From Macrostomum lignano (taxonomy: Eukaryota), in assembly GCA_002269645.1 (NCBI GenBank), contig NIVC01001229.1, positions 33,905 to 61,596 of the forward strand: a DNA stretch of 27,692 nucleotides, written 5' to 3'. Positions 11,820 through 22,879 of the stretch are shown here, piece after piece; positions within the stretch are counted from its first letter, which is position 1; each line of letters opens with the position of its first letter. Under the pieces are notes generated by a model. It was not told the origin of the DNA. It did not search any database and saw nothing but the letters and a program-made list of their open reading frames with translations. The position numbers and the translations under genes are program-made.

Positions 11820-12120
11820 GTAGACTCTCAACAGCATTTTCTTAACATCCTTAAGGTCTTAACATCCGAGGATATGGTAAATTGGATGTCTAACACCCTG
11901 AGGATCTGGGAGGGTGATGGTCTTAACAATCCGATGATATGCATGGTAAATTGGATGCAACACCTGAGAGAATATGGGAGGATGACGGTGTAACACCAAA
12001 GAATATGGGACATGTCTGGTATAATACCCGAGGATACAACATACATGATTGGAGCAATGACAGTCTAACACCCGGAGGGTCTAAAGAGAGTGCAGCGGTC
12101 GAAGGTCTAACATTCGAGGT
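11820..12120. repeat. Degenerate tandem repeat (ggtctaacacc..gaggat-like units)
   Basis: Recurrent ggtcttaaca / gtctaacacc / gaggatatgg motifs. The block atggtaaattggatg occurs twice. Confidence 0.45.
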
Positions 12121-12794
12121 TCTTGGAGAGTTCAAGGGGCTTCTAGAGAAATTTACGTACAAATTTTTAGCAGCATATCCCCCTGCTCAAATTTAAGAGA
12201 CCAGGTTAAGTAGCCAGCTTAAGCATTAATTAATCAACTCCTGGGAGACAGTTTGGCTTGTTTGAAACTCAGCAGCCATGTGTTACTGGATCAGACTGAC
12301 TGCGGTGGTTCACACGACATGGAAGCACCTAGCACCTTTGCACCTCCGATTATAACAGCGCAGGGAAACCAATGAGCTGCCGCCGATATATCTTAACAAT
12401 TCTTAAGTCAATAGATGGCATAATGGATAACTCCAACTCCCGAGACTGCCAATGAGCCAAGCAAACGCCCGGTCATTGTCTGCAGAGAGCTGTTCCACTA
12501 GCCTCGAAGCTGCAGCAAATTGTCAAGCTTTTTCTCATACCAAGTATCGACTAGCTTGGTCAGCCACCAATTTCAGTAGGTAAACAGCTCGATGGCGTGT
12601 TGATATCATCATCAAGCTCAAATATAGAGCACGTTATGGCAGCCGGGTCAAAGATAGAGCCAATACCCAATTTCTTACTTTTTAACAATTTAAAGAGAGT
12701 GCTCGAATTATTGTGTTATTTTGTAGTTTTCTTTCTCATCTAAGCCCATCCTCCCCCAACTCTCAGCACCAGTCTAATTCGTCTGTTTTTGTAC

Positions 12795-13295
12795 TTTTTT
12801 ATGTGCGCACTTTCTCTCTCCGCATGCCCATCTCTCCTGCGTCTCTCTACCCCAACCCAGTTTTGCATCTATGTGCGCACTTTCTCTCCCTGCGAGCCCC
12901 TCTCTCCTGCGCCTTTCTACCCCAACCCAGTTAGTCTGTGTGCATTTATGTGCGCACTTTCTCTCTCGGCGAGCCCCTCTCTCCCGCGCCTCTCTGCCCC
13001 AACCCAGTTAGTCTGAGTGCATCTATGTGCGCACTTGCCTGCGTGCCCCTCTCTCCTGCGCCTCTCTGCCCCAACCCAGTTAGTCTGTGTGCATCTATGT
13101 GCGCACTTTCTCTCCCGCGAAGCCCCTCTCTCCTGCGCCTCTCTGCCCCAACCCAGTTAGTCTGAGTGCATCTATGTGCGCACTTTCTCTCCCCGCGAAG
13201 CCCCTCTCTCCTGCGCCTCTCTGCCCCAACCCAGTTAGTCTGAGTGCATCTATGTGCGCACTTGCCTGCGTGCCCCTCTCTCCTGCGCCTTTGTC
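12795..13295. repeat. 70-78-bp C-rich minisatellite, 7 copies
   Basis: atgtgcgcac anchors at 12801, 12871, 12948, 13025, 13097, 13174 and 13252. Confidence 0.92.
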
Positions 13296-13809
13296 CCGTT
13301 CCTGCCTCCTTTTTTCCGTCCTAATTTATGTTCTTTAAATTCATAGCATAAAACAAGAAGACAAAGGATTTTTAAAAACTAAATGATGTTCATCTGTAGG
13401 GTAAAAAACTAGATATGTAAGTGCAAATTTCATTAACCAGTATATTTTGTCAATACTTACTTTTCTTAATCAAAGAGTCTGACTGTGCTAAAATAAGAAA
13501 AATTGCGTTGAAATTCAAACACACTAATAATAATACTTACAGATAAAATAATCGATCATATACTAAAAAAATCTGTTTGACTAGCCAAAATGTACACAAT
13601 GGCACTGCGTAATTTAATATAAGGAAGAATCCGTCGAAAGATTTTTAATGGTTACAAAAAAGGGTATATATGGTCAAAAATCTAAATCAAATGTCTGTTA
13701 ACGTAGCAAAGAAATTTTAGGTTCAAGTTTATACATGCAATTGGTACATAGGGTATTTAATGGAGAATTTAGGTATTCTTATTTTTTCCTTACTTTTCAT
13801 CCCATCAGA

Positions 13810-14430
13810 TTTCCTCTTTATCTCATTTTTACCTCCCCTCGCATACTCCCCTTTCGATCCTCTTTCTACTCCCCTTCCACCCTCTCTCTACTCCCCTTTT
13901 ATCCCATATCTCTACTTTCCTTCAATTCTCTCTCTACTCCCATTCCATCCTCTCTCTACTCCCCATTTATCCCATATCTCTACTTTCCTTCAATTCTCTC
14001 TCTACTCCCATTCCATCCTCTCTCTACTCCCCTTTTATCCCATATCTCTACTTTCCTTCAATTCTCTCTCTACTCCTCTTCTATCCTCTCTCTACTCCCC
14101 TTCCACCCTCCCTCTCTACTTCTCTTCCTTCCTCTCTACTCCCATTCCACCCTCTCTCTCTACTCCCATTCCACCCTCTCTCTCTACTCCCATTCCACCC
14201 TCTCTCTCTACTTCCATTCCACCCTCTCTCTCTACTTCCATTCCACCCTCTCTCTCTACTTCCATTCCTTCCTCTCTCTACTCCCATTCCATCCTCTCTC
14301 TCTCTACTCCCATTCCATCCTCTCTCTCTACTCCCATTCCATCCTCTCTCTCTACTCCCATTCCATCCCTTTTTAATCCGCTCTCCCCCGTTTCATCTAC
14401 TCCTCTTCTCTTCTATATCATTCTCTAATC
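13810..14430. repeat. Polypyrimidine low-complexity/tandem tract (ctctctctactcccattccacc-like units)
   Basis: Almost G-free over ~600 bp, with ~24-bp units and a duplicated longer block. Confidence 0.9.
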
Positions 14431-14444
14431 TCCATCTTATCTCC

Positions 14445-14846
14445 CAGGGGCGTAGCCAGGAATTTTGATTGGGGGGGGCCGTGAGTTAGAGGGCGCCAGC
14501 TTCTTATAGGGGGGGCGCCAGTTTCTTTTAGGGGGGGGGCGCCAGTTTCTTTTAGGGGGGGGGGCGCCAGTTTCTTTTAGGGGGGGGGGCGCCAGTTTCT
14601 TTTAGGGGGGGGGCGCCAGTTTCTTTTAGGGGGGGCGCCAGTTTCTTTTAGGGGGGGCGCCAGTTTCTTTTAGGGGGGGGGGCGCCAGTTTCTTTTAGGG
14701 GGGCGCCAGTTTCTTTTAGGGGGGGGCGCCAGTTTCTTTTAGGGGAGGGGGCGCCAGTTTCTTTTAGGGGGGGGGCGCCAAGGCCAGAGTTGGTGATTGG
14801 GGGGGGGGGCCACGGCCCCCTTGCCCCTCCTCTGGCTACGCCCCTG
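14445..14846. mobile_element. 402-bp MITE (hAT-like by its 8-bp TSD) carrying an internal G-run VNTR
   Basis: 15-bp TIRs caggggcgtagccag (14445) / ctggctacgcccctg (ends 14846). Perfect TSD ttatctcc at 14437-14444 and 14847-14854. About 13 internal units of G(n)CGCCAGTTTCTTTTA. Confidence 0.92.
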
Positions 14847-14909
14847 TTATCTCCCTCACCGCGTCATCCCAGCTCAGTCTCTGCTCATCTTGACTTAACT
14901 ACAAAGTAC

Positions 14910-15532
14910 TCACAGCGGCGGCACAAGCACTGGCAACCAGACAGACACATCCTCATTCTTAGCCGCATCGTATCCACTAGCGCAAGGGTTGGACAACAGC
15001 TGGGCATGACACGCCCTGCTGCAAGCCAGCGACAGCTCAAAAGTGGCCATCCTGTCCAATTCCGAATAGCAGACCACGGGAAAAGCGAACACGAACACGG
15101 CCGAATGGCAGACAATGCACAGAGCAGTTGGGCAGCCAGCCAGTTCTTGCAATGGGCGAGGCAGGCGCTGTTGAAACACGGCAGCAGTAGGATCTGGCGA
15201 CTGTCCGGAACTAGATACAACAAAGCACCTGTGTACAGTTCGCAGCGCCAGCTCCTCGAGACTTGGCACACAGTTAGCATAACAGTCTCCTATTGTAGAA
15301 ATTTCCCCAGGTAAAATCAAACAGGAAGCGACGTCTGATAGCGGATTAACGACACTCAGACTGCAGTGGGTGGCCAGTGCTTGCGCAGGGGGTCCCAGCT
15401 TGCCGCAACGGTACATGTACGATTGGAAAGGCGGCAAACGGTCCCAGCGTTGCAGCAGGCTGCCAGGGATGTAAGCCAGACGGGAGTTGCTGTCTGCGAA
15501 CAGGTTCTGCAGGCTGCGCATGGAGCCAAGGC
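14910..15532 (-). CDS. LRRC28: LRRC28 orthologue, last coding exon
   Basis: Acceptor ccaactaacag|15532 (phase 1). It encodes (C)LGSMRSLQNLFADSNSRLAYIP...LILPGEISTIG...VPSLEELALR...LPRPLQELAGCPTALCIVC...AFP...ACSRAC. This matches the LRRC28 C-terminal pattern as recalled from the human protein (VFLPAEVKAIG, LQELAMR, LPRSLLELLHCPLGHCHRC, CCSTQC). Confidence 0.85.
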
Positions 15533-15725
15533 CTGTTAGTTGGTTTGACAAAAATGCAATTAGTTAGGGACAAAAAGAATCTATTTTTATTACTTTAAAA
15601 AGTAGTAGATTAAGCAATGCGACTGTAATGTGACAGAATGGTCTTAAAAAGCATACCGAAAGTTTTAAAAATGTCTTTGCTTGTTTGCTTGTAACTTCTT
15701 TGTTGCAGTGTAAGCGTATTGTGGT

Positions 15726-16604
15726 AATTGTCACTGCAGACAGGGCAATTGTCACTGCAGACAGAGCAATTGTCACTGCAGACAGAGCAATTGTCACTGC
15801 AGACAGAGCAATTGTCACTGCAGACAGAGCAATTGTCACTGCAGACAGAGCAATTGTCACTGCAGATAGAGCAATTGTCACTGCAGACAGAGCAATTGTC
15901 ACTGCAGACAGAGCAATTGTCACTGCAGACAGAGCAATTGTCACTGCAGACAGAGCAATTGTCACTGCAGACAGAGCAATTGTCACTGCAGACAGAGCAA
16001 TTGTCACTGCAGACAGAGCAATTGTCACTGCAGACAGAGCAATTGTCACTGCAGACAGGGCAATCGTCACTGCAGACAGGGCAATTGTCACTGCAGACAG
16101 GGCAATTGTCACTGCAGACAGGACAATTTTCACTGCAGACAGGGCAATTGTCACTGCAGACAGGGCAATTGTCACTGCAGACAGGGCAATTGTCACTGCA
16201 GACAGAGCAATTGTCACTGCAGACAGAGCAATTGTCACTGCAGAGAGGGCAATTGTCACTGCAGACAGAGCAATTGTCACTGCAGAGAGGGCAATTGTCA
16301 CTGCAGACAGGGCAATTGTCACTGCAGACAGGGCAGTTGTCACTGCAGACAGGGCAAATGTCACTGCAGACAGGGCAATTGTCACTGCAGACAGGGCAAT
16401 TGTCACTGCAGACAGAGCAATTGTCACTGCAGACAGGGCAATTGTCACTGCAGACAGGGCAATTGTCACTGCAGACAGGGCAATCGTCACTGCAGACAGG
16501 GCAATTGTCACTGCAGACAGGGCAATCGTCACTGCAGACAGGGCATTGTCACTGCAGACAGGGCAATGGTCACTGCAGACAGGGCAATGGTCACTGCAGA
16601 CAGG
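15726..16604. repeat. 21-bp minisatellite, ~42 copies (gtcactgcagacagagcaatt), inside LRRC28 intron 16621-15533
   Basis: Direct periodicity. It lies between donor GTGAGC (16621) and acceptor AG (15534-15533). Confidence 0.97.
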
Positions 16605-16621
16605 TAAAATCAGAGGCTCAC

Positions 16622-17051
16622 ACTGAGGCAGATACAGCAGTTCCAAAGACGATATATACAAAGACTTGAGCCGATGCAGATAGCAGATCTGTCTTGGCAA
16701 ACTCTCAATGGGATTGGCGTCCAAGCTTAAATAAACCAAAGATTTCAGGTAACAAATGCTCGAAGGCAGCTGGCTGATCCCATTAGAATACAGCATTAGA
16801 ACTTCCAGTTCCGGCCAAGCATTTGCAGGTATATGCGGCAGACTGCACAGGGCATTGTGACCCAAATTCAGTTTCGACAGCAATGCCAGTCTAAATAGCA
16901 CAGTTGGAAACTCAACCAATCGATTGCCGCATAAATTCAACTCGGTCAAATTGCAAAGTAGAAAAGTGGATTCTGGCAGCTTAACTACCAAATTGTTTGG
17001 CATGTGCAATAGGCTGATGCAGTGCGGATGCTGGGCAGGTGTTAGATCGCC
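16622..17051 (-). CDS. LRRC28: LRRC28 orthologue, LRR-encoding middle exon
   Basis: Acceptor tttcag|17051 (phase 0), donor 16622|gtgagc (phase 1). Canonical LxxLxLxxNxL repeats: LTELNLCGNRL, LSKLNLGHNAL, LEVLMLYSNGI, LVYLSLDANPI. Splicing gives a continuous LRR, LLYLPQ-C-LGSMRSLQNL. Confidence 0.88.
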
Positions 17052-17094
17052 CTGAAATTCAGATTGGATTTTAGCCAATTAGCCCGTTAAGTCT

Positions 17095-17502
17095 CTCAGC
17101 TACTCCCTGCCCCCTCACTCAGCTACTCTCTGCCCCTCATTCAGCTACTCCCTGCCCCTCACTCAGCTACTCCCTGCCCCTCACTCAGCTACTCCCTGCC
17201 CCTCACTCAGCTACTCCCTGCCCCCCACTCAGCTACTCCCTGCCCCCCACTCAGCTACTCCCTGCCCCTCACTCAGCTACTCCCTGCCCCTCACTCAGCT
17301 ACTCCCTGCCCCCACTCAGCTACTTCCTGCCCCCACTCAGCTACTCCCTGCCCCCCACTCAGCTACTCCCTGCCCCCTCACTCAGCTACTCCCTGCCCCC
17401 CACTCAGCTACTCCCTGCCCCCTCACTCAGCTACATCCTGCCCCCTCACTCAGCTACTCCCTGCCCCTCACTCAGCTACTCCCTGCCCCTCACTCAGCTA
17501 CT
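17095..17502. repeat. 22-23-bp C-rich minisatellite, ~18 copies (ctcactcagctactccctgccc), inside LRRC28 intron 17543-17052
   Basis: Direct periodicity. Confidence 0.96.
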
Positions 17503-17543
17503 TTCAAGCTCTCTAATACATGCACAACAAAACAAGCTCCCAC

Positions 17544-17690
17544 CAGAGTCTCCATGCAGCAGCCTTTCAAGTAGAGCTTGGCATTGCCAGCCAATTTGTC
17601 GGACTCTGAGAGCTGCGCTAGCAACTGCGACAGGTCCTTGATTCGCTCCTGGTTGAGGTGAAACACGGGACCTGGGTCTTCTATGTTGGC
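17544..17690 (-). CDS. LRRC28: LRRC28 orthologue, 5'-most recognisable coding exon (no in-frame ATG before the LRR start)
   Basis: Acceptor aaatttcag|17690, donor 17544|gtggga (phase 0). It encodes ANIEDPGPVFHLNQERIKDLSQLLAQLSESDKLAGNAKLYLKGCCMETL and joins in frame to GDLTPAQHPHCISLLHMPNNLVVKLPE. The three exons total 1200 nt (399 aa + stop). Confidence 0.7.
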
Positions 17691-17723
17691 CTGAAATTTT
17701 TGCTGATCTACATATAGAGACAC

Positions 17724-18810
17724 GGGATTACGGGTAACAATATTGGATTACAGGTAGAGAGATTGGGATTACAGTAGAGATTAGGATTAGAGATTACAGG
17801 TAGAGAGATTGGGGATTACAGGTAGAGAGATTGGGGATTACAGGTAGAGAGATTGGGGATTACAGGTAGAGAGATTGGGATTACAGGTAGAAAGATTGGG
17901 ATTACAGGTAAATAGATTGGGTATTACAGGTAGAGAGATTGGGATTACAGGTAGAGAGATTGGGATTACAGGTAGAGAGATTGGGATTACAGGTAGAAAG
18001 ATTGGGATTATAGGTAGAGAGATTGGGATTACAGGTAGAGAGATGGAAGATTACAGGTAGAGAGATTGGGGATTAAAGGTAGAGAGATTGGGATTACAGA
18101 TAGAGAGATTGGGATTATAGGTAGAGAGATTGGGATTACAGGTAGAGAGATTGGGGATTACAGGTAGAGAGATTGGGGATTACAGGTAGAGAGATTGGGA
18201 TTATTATTTAGAAAGATTGGGATTACAGGTAGAGAGATTGGGGATTACAGGTAGAGAGATTGGGATTACAGGTAGAGAGATTGGGATTACAGGTAGAGAG
18301 ATTGGGGATTAGAGAGATTGGGATTACAGGTAGAGAGATTGGGATTACAGGTAGAGAGATTGGGATTACAGGTAGAGAGATTGGGATTACAGGTAGAGAG
18401 ATTGGGATTACAGGTAGAGAGATTGGGATTACAGGTAGAGAGATTGGGATTACAGGTAGAGAGATTGGGGATTACAGGTAGAGAGATTGGGATTACAGGT
18501 AGAGAGATTGGGGATTAGAGAGATTGGAGATTACAGGTAGAGAGATTGGGATTACAGGTAGAAAGATTGGGATTACAGGTAGAGAGATTGGAGATTACAG
18601 GTAGAGAGATTGGGATTACAGGTAGAGAGATTGGGGATTAGAGAGATTGGAGATTACAGGTAGAGAGATTGGGATTACAGGTAGAAAGATTGGGATTACA
18701 GGTAGAGAGATTGGAGATTACAGGTAGAGAGATTGGGATTACAGGTAGAGAGATTGGGGATTACAGGTAGAGACATGGAACTACAGGAAGAAATGTGGGA
18801 TTACAGATAG
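17724..18810. repeat. 21-22-bp minisatellite, ~50 copies (gggattacaggtagagagatt)
   Basis: Direct periodicity. It generates the GLQVERL / GITGREI ORFs. Confidence 0.97.
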
Positions 18811-19249
18811 AGACGTAAGGAATCAGAATTCATTTAGAGACAGGTTGGAATCGAATAAAAAAGAGCAATGATGATGCAACAAAATTCGCCAGCTAAGAAT
18901 AAGTTCAATCTAGCCAGTAAATTTTATTTGTAATAATCTGACAATCCTGCTGAGGTTAAAGAGTTCGACAAGGGCTGCCCTACGAACACGAACTGATAAC
19001 AATTTCAAACAGAATAACCAAATGTGAAGCTGTACAGGCATATCAACTGATCTGAGGACAAGTGCGCTATTAAACAACCTCTTCATCTCTCCGCTCGTTG
19101 AGAAGTGAAAAGTCAAATATTATTTTGGGCAATATAAGGAGGAACACAGCTTTAATAAACTGTAATCTACGGTAGAGCAAAAGGCAATAATAGGAGTTGA
19201 AGCTTGGCTACACAAACTCGAAGATAGAAATGTAATTTTAGTGATAGTT

Positions 19250-19990
19250 GCATAGTGTACATTTGGGGCAGGGGTTGCTTTTTAACTGCAAAGAGTGTAA
19301 ATGTACATCGAGGCAGGGGTTGATTTTTAACTGCATAGAGTGTACAACGGGGCAGGGTTTGACTTTTAACCGCATAGAGTGTACAACGGGGCAGGGGTTG
19401 ACTTTTAACTGCATAGAGTGTACAACGGGGCAGGGTTTGACTTTTAACCGCATAGAGTGTACAACGGGGCAGGGGTTGACTTTTAACTGCATGGAGTGTA
19501 CAACGGGGCAGGGGTTGACTTTTAACTGCATAGACTGTACAACGGGGCAGGGTTTGACTTTTAACTGCATAGAGTGTACAACGGGGCAGGGTTTGACTTT
19601 TAACCGCATAGAGTGTACAACGGGGCAGGGGTTGACTTTTAACTGCATGGAGTGTACAACGGGGCAGGGGTTGACTTTTAACTGCATAGAGTGTACAACG
19701 GGGCAGGGTTTGACTTTTAACTGCATGGAGTGTACAACAGGGCAGGGTTTGACTTTTAACTGCATAGACTGTACAACGGGGCAGGGGTTGACTTTTAACT
19801 GCATAGACTGTACAACGGGGCAGGGGTTGACTTTTAACTGCATAGAGTGTACATTGGGGCATATGTTGATTTTTAACTGTATATAGTGTGCATTGGGGAC
19901 AGGAGTTGATTTTTAAATGCAGTGTGTACATCAGGGTAGGGGTTAATTTTTAACTGCTTAGTGTGTACATCGCGGGGAAGGGGTTGATTG
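19250..19990. repeat. 39-bp minisatellite, ~18 copies (gcatagagtgtacaacggggcaggggttgacttttaact)
   Basis: Direct periodicity (13-aa repeats in the ORF track), with degenerate ends. Confidence 0.96.
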
Positions 19991-20410
19991 CGAGTGAATG
20001 TACATCAGAAGAAATTGGACAGAAGCCGCAGCTCAAATGCTCATTAATTAAAAAAGATTTTGCTTTATCTGATATTGGTGTAAACTTGATGCCTGTAATT
20101 TTGGGTGTTCTTTTCAAATTGTGTAATTAGCAAGACAGACAGACACAAATACGATTTATAGATCATGCAATATGCGCAAAAGTCTATGCGCTTTAATAAC
20201 GAGTTTATTGTTTGTATTATAAAATTATGTCTATACGGGTACGAATATAGAAATTTAGATAGACTGAACAACACTCAATTTTTTGGGCATTTAACAACTG
20301 GTCACTTGTAGGACGATGTTAGTTATGAAATCTTGCATATTGAAGCTTTTAAACCTGTCTCCTCGTTGGTACACTATAAAAGTGCAAAGACTGTCTCAGA
20401 TAGAAAACAC

Positions 20411-20416
20411 TTTATT
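20411..20416 (-). terminator. Candidate polyadenylation signal AATAAA for VPS25
   Basis: First canonical minus-strand AATAAA I found downstream of the VPS25 stop, followed by U-rich sequence (gtgttttct). Not verifiable without transcripts. Confidence 0.3.
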
Positions 20417-20584
20417 TGCCAAAAGCAAACTTGAAGCGAGTAAATAATGGATTGGGATCTAGACAAATAAGATCCGCAGGAAAATTAACTGCACCCAGCT
20501 TCCGTGCTTTTGTTTGCACTGAATTCTAAACCGCGAGAATAATTGAACATCTTATTCTACATGTAGCCCAGATGCGCCGTTAGA

Positions 20585-21075
20585 TTGGGAATTATTCAGG
20601 CTCTACTTCAGGCCCTCAGATTGGGGAATATTCACCCTCTGCTTCAGGCCCTCAGATTGGGAGATTCAGGCTCTACTTCAGGCCCTCAGATTGGGATATT
20701 CAGCCTCGTTTCAGGCCCTCAGATTGGGATTCACCCTTTACTTCAGGCCCTCAGATCGGAATATTCACCCTTTACTTCAGGCCCTCAGATCGGAATATTC
20801 ACCCTTTACTTCAGGCCCTCAGATCGGAATATTCACCCTTTACTTCAGGCCCTCAGATTGGGATATTCACCCTCCACTTCAGGCCCTCAGATGGGATATT
20901 CACCCTCCACTTCAGGCCCTCAGATGGGATATTCACCCTCCACTTCAGGCCCTCAGATTGGGATATTCACCCCACTTCAGGCCCTCAGATTGGGATATTC
21001 ACCCTCCACTTCAGGCCCTCAGATTGGGATATTTCACCCTCCACTTCAGGCCCTCAGATGGGATATTCAGCCTCT
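20585..21075. repeat. 33-35-bp minisatellite, ~14 copies (cttcaggccctcagattgggatattcaccctcca)
   Basis: Direct periodicity. It starts ~70 bp downstream of the VPS25 stop. Confidence 0.95.
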
Positions 21076-21145
21076 ACCTCCTCAATAATTCTTAGATAGA
21101 GCTAATCAATGATAACAAATTTAAAGAGACGACAAAATAACTCTG

Positions 21146-21685
21146 TCACAGAAACTTAACACCTTCGTGACTGTCAAACATCAGAATGGCGGCTTGGCCA
21201 TTCTTTTCAAGATGCTTCAATGCCAACAGCAAAACGTCCTTATCCAATCCGTGAAACGGTTGATCGGCACTGTCATCTCCATCAGTGAGCTCGTACAGAG
21301 TACAAACGGTGTTCACAAGGCCTCGATCTTTAGCGTAACTATAAACCAACGCCGCCCACTGTTCAGTTGTTCGCCAGACTATTTTACAGCTTTTCTTATC
21401 TCGATCGAGCCATTCTAAATTGCCGCGCAATTTCAAATCGGCCAGAATAGCATCGAGAAATGGGCGATTGATTCGCCGATTGATTCGTTTATTGTGAAAC
21501 AGCGGACTGGAGGCCAGGGCTTCGTTAATGTCCAAAGTGTGCAGCTGTCTGTGCTTGCAATACGCCAGAATGAGGCTGCACCATTGGTCCAGCTGTTTGC
21601 GTCGCGTCTCAGCGTTTGGTTGCAGCGTGAAAAATGGCGGGAATTCAAATACGGCTGGCCAAGCGAAATCCGCTCCGCTGGACAT
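21146..21685 (-). CDS. VPS25: Vacuolar protein sorting 25 (ESCRT-II subunit, EAP20), intronless, 179 aa
   Basis: Hallmark N-terminus F.WP..F.FPPFFTLQPN.ETR.KQL..W..L.L.YC, plus G.LEWLD.DK...IVWRT.EQWA, VCTLYELTDGDD...FHGLD and a terminal GVKF. The length is typical. Confidence 0.97.
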   Translation of the reverse strand: MSSGADFAWPAVFEFPPFFTLQPNAETRRKQLDQWCSLILAYCKHRQLHTLDINEALASSPLFHNKRINRRINRPFLDAILADLKLRGNLEWLDRDKKSCKIVWRTTEQWAALVYSYAKDRGLVNTVCTLYELTDGDDSADQPFHGLDKDVLLLALKHLEKNGQAAILMFDSHEGVKFL

Positions 21686-21777
21686 TGTTGTCTGCGGGGT
21701 TTATTGTTGCTGGTGTGGCTAACACAGATAGCGGGTAAATAATTCATTGTGGCCTGTGCAAAACCTGCTTTTATGGA

Positions 21778-22235
21778 TGGGGAACTTTTATTAGGGATTA
21801 GGCATTTTTAGGTGGATGATGGGAATCTTTAGTTGAGGATGGGAATCTTTTAGTTGAGTGTGGGAATCTTTTAGTCGAGGGTGGGAATCTTTTAGTTGAG
21901 GATGAGAATCTTTTAGTTGAGGATGAGAATCTTTTAGTTGAGGATGGGAATCTTTCAGTTGAGCATAGGGATCTTTTAGTGGAGGATGGGGATATTTTAT
22001 TGGAGATTAGGATTTTTTAGTTGAGGTTGGGAATCTTTTGGTGGAGATTAGGATTTTTTAGTTGAGGATGGGGATCTTTTAGTTGAGGATGGGAATATTT
22101 TAGTGGAGATTGGGATCTTTTAGTTGAGAATGGGAATCTTTTAGTTGAGGATGGGAATAATTTAGTTGAGGATGGGAATAATTTAGTTGAAGATGGGAAT
22201 CTTATAGTTGATGATGGGATCTTTTTAATGGAGAA
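21778..22235. repeat. 21-22-bp minisatellite, ~21 copies (tttagttgaggatgggaatct)
   Basis: Direct periodicity. It lies just upstream of the acceptor-like ttttgcacag (AG at 21755-21754) in front of VPS25. Confidence 0.93.
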
Positions 22236-22879
22236 TTAAAATTGCTAGACTAATTAAAAGTTGTTAAACATGTTCAGATAGATAAAACAATTAATGCACA
22301 GTTAATGCAAAATAAAAGTACATGATGTAGGAAAGTTCGGGTACTCAGTTATAACACAGATCATTTTGCCCGGCATATATTTGATTGGTATAGTTTAAGA
22401 ATAGGCTAAAAAAGTATAAATAAAGTTAGAAAAAAATACTATTTACTGTATAAATATATAGTGCAGATTAGCTAGGATACATCAGCAAGTTTTTAAAAAT
22501 AGCATCCTGACAATCAGCAGATAAGGTAAGAAAATGAGTTTAAAAAATTCACTCAAACAGAAAGTAAATGTACGAGCATAAGGAAAATAGTTTTTTATAA
22601 AACTCCTAAACCGATAGAAGATGAGATCGAAACAAACAAATAAACAATACGTTTTCATATTTAATTTAATTGACACATTCAGATTAATCATAGGTGGCAT
22701 GCTTGATAGCACAAGAAAAATTTAATGAAAATATAATTATTAATGCTCATAATTGAAACGCCAATGCTAACAGAATGCTAAGTTGATTAAGAATTGTTAA
22801 TACTTTGATAGCACTCATACACACGCTCACACGGGGTGTACACTGAAAAGAAAATAATAGTATCAAATAAACTGTGTTT

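Noticed and set aside
12520-12660. Frameshifted LPTEIG/LTKLV string on the minus strand resembling an LRR relic
   Set aside because: It needs a frameshift, is a single short motif, and is surrounded by stops, so it is indistinguishable from chance.
13735-14428. 213-aa and 222-aa Ser/Leu/Pro-rich ORFs
   Set aside because: Translation of the polypyrimidine tract, which lacks stop codons by composition.
15564-17078. 504-aa ORF read as a single LRR + repeat protein
   Set aside because: A GT-AG intron (16621-15533) restores a continuous LRR and the LRRC28 C-terminus, and the listed start lies in the upstream intron.
19167-19931. Cys-rich 13-aa repeat ORFs (CIECTTGQGLTFN and others) resembling zinc-finger or metal-binding repeats
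   Set aside because: Several frames on both strands are open across a 39-bp minisatellite, and there is no non-repeat coding flank.
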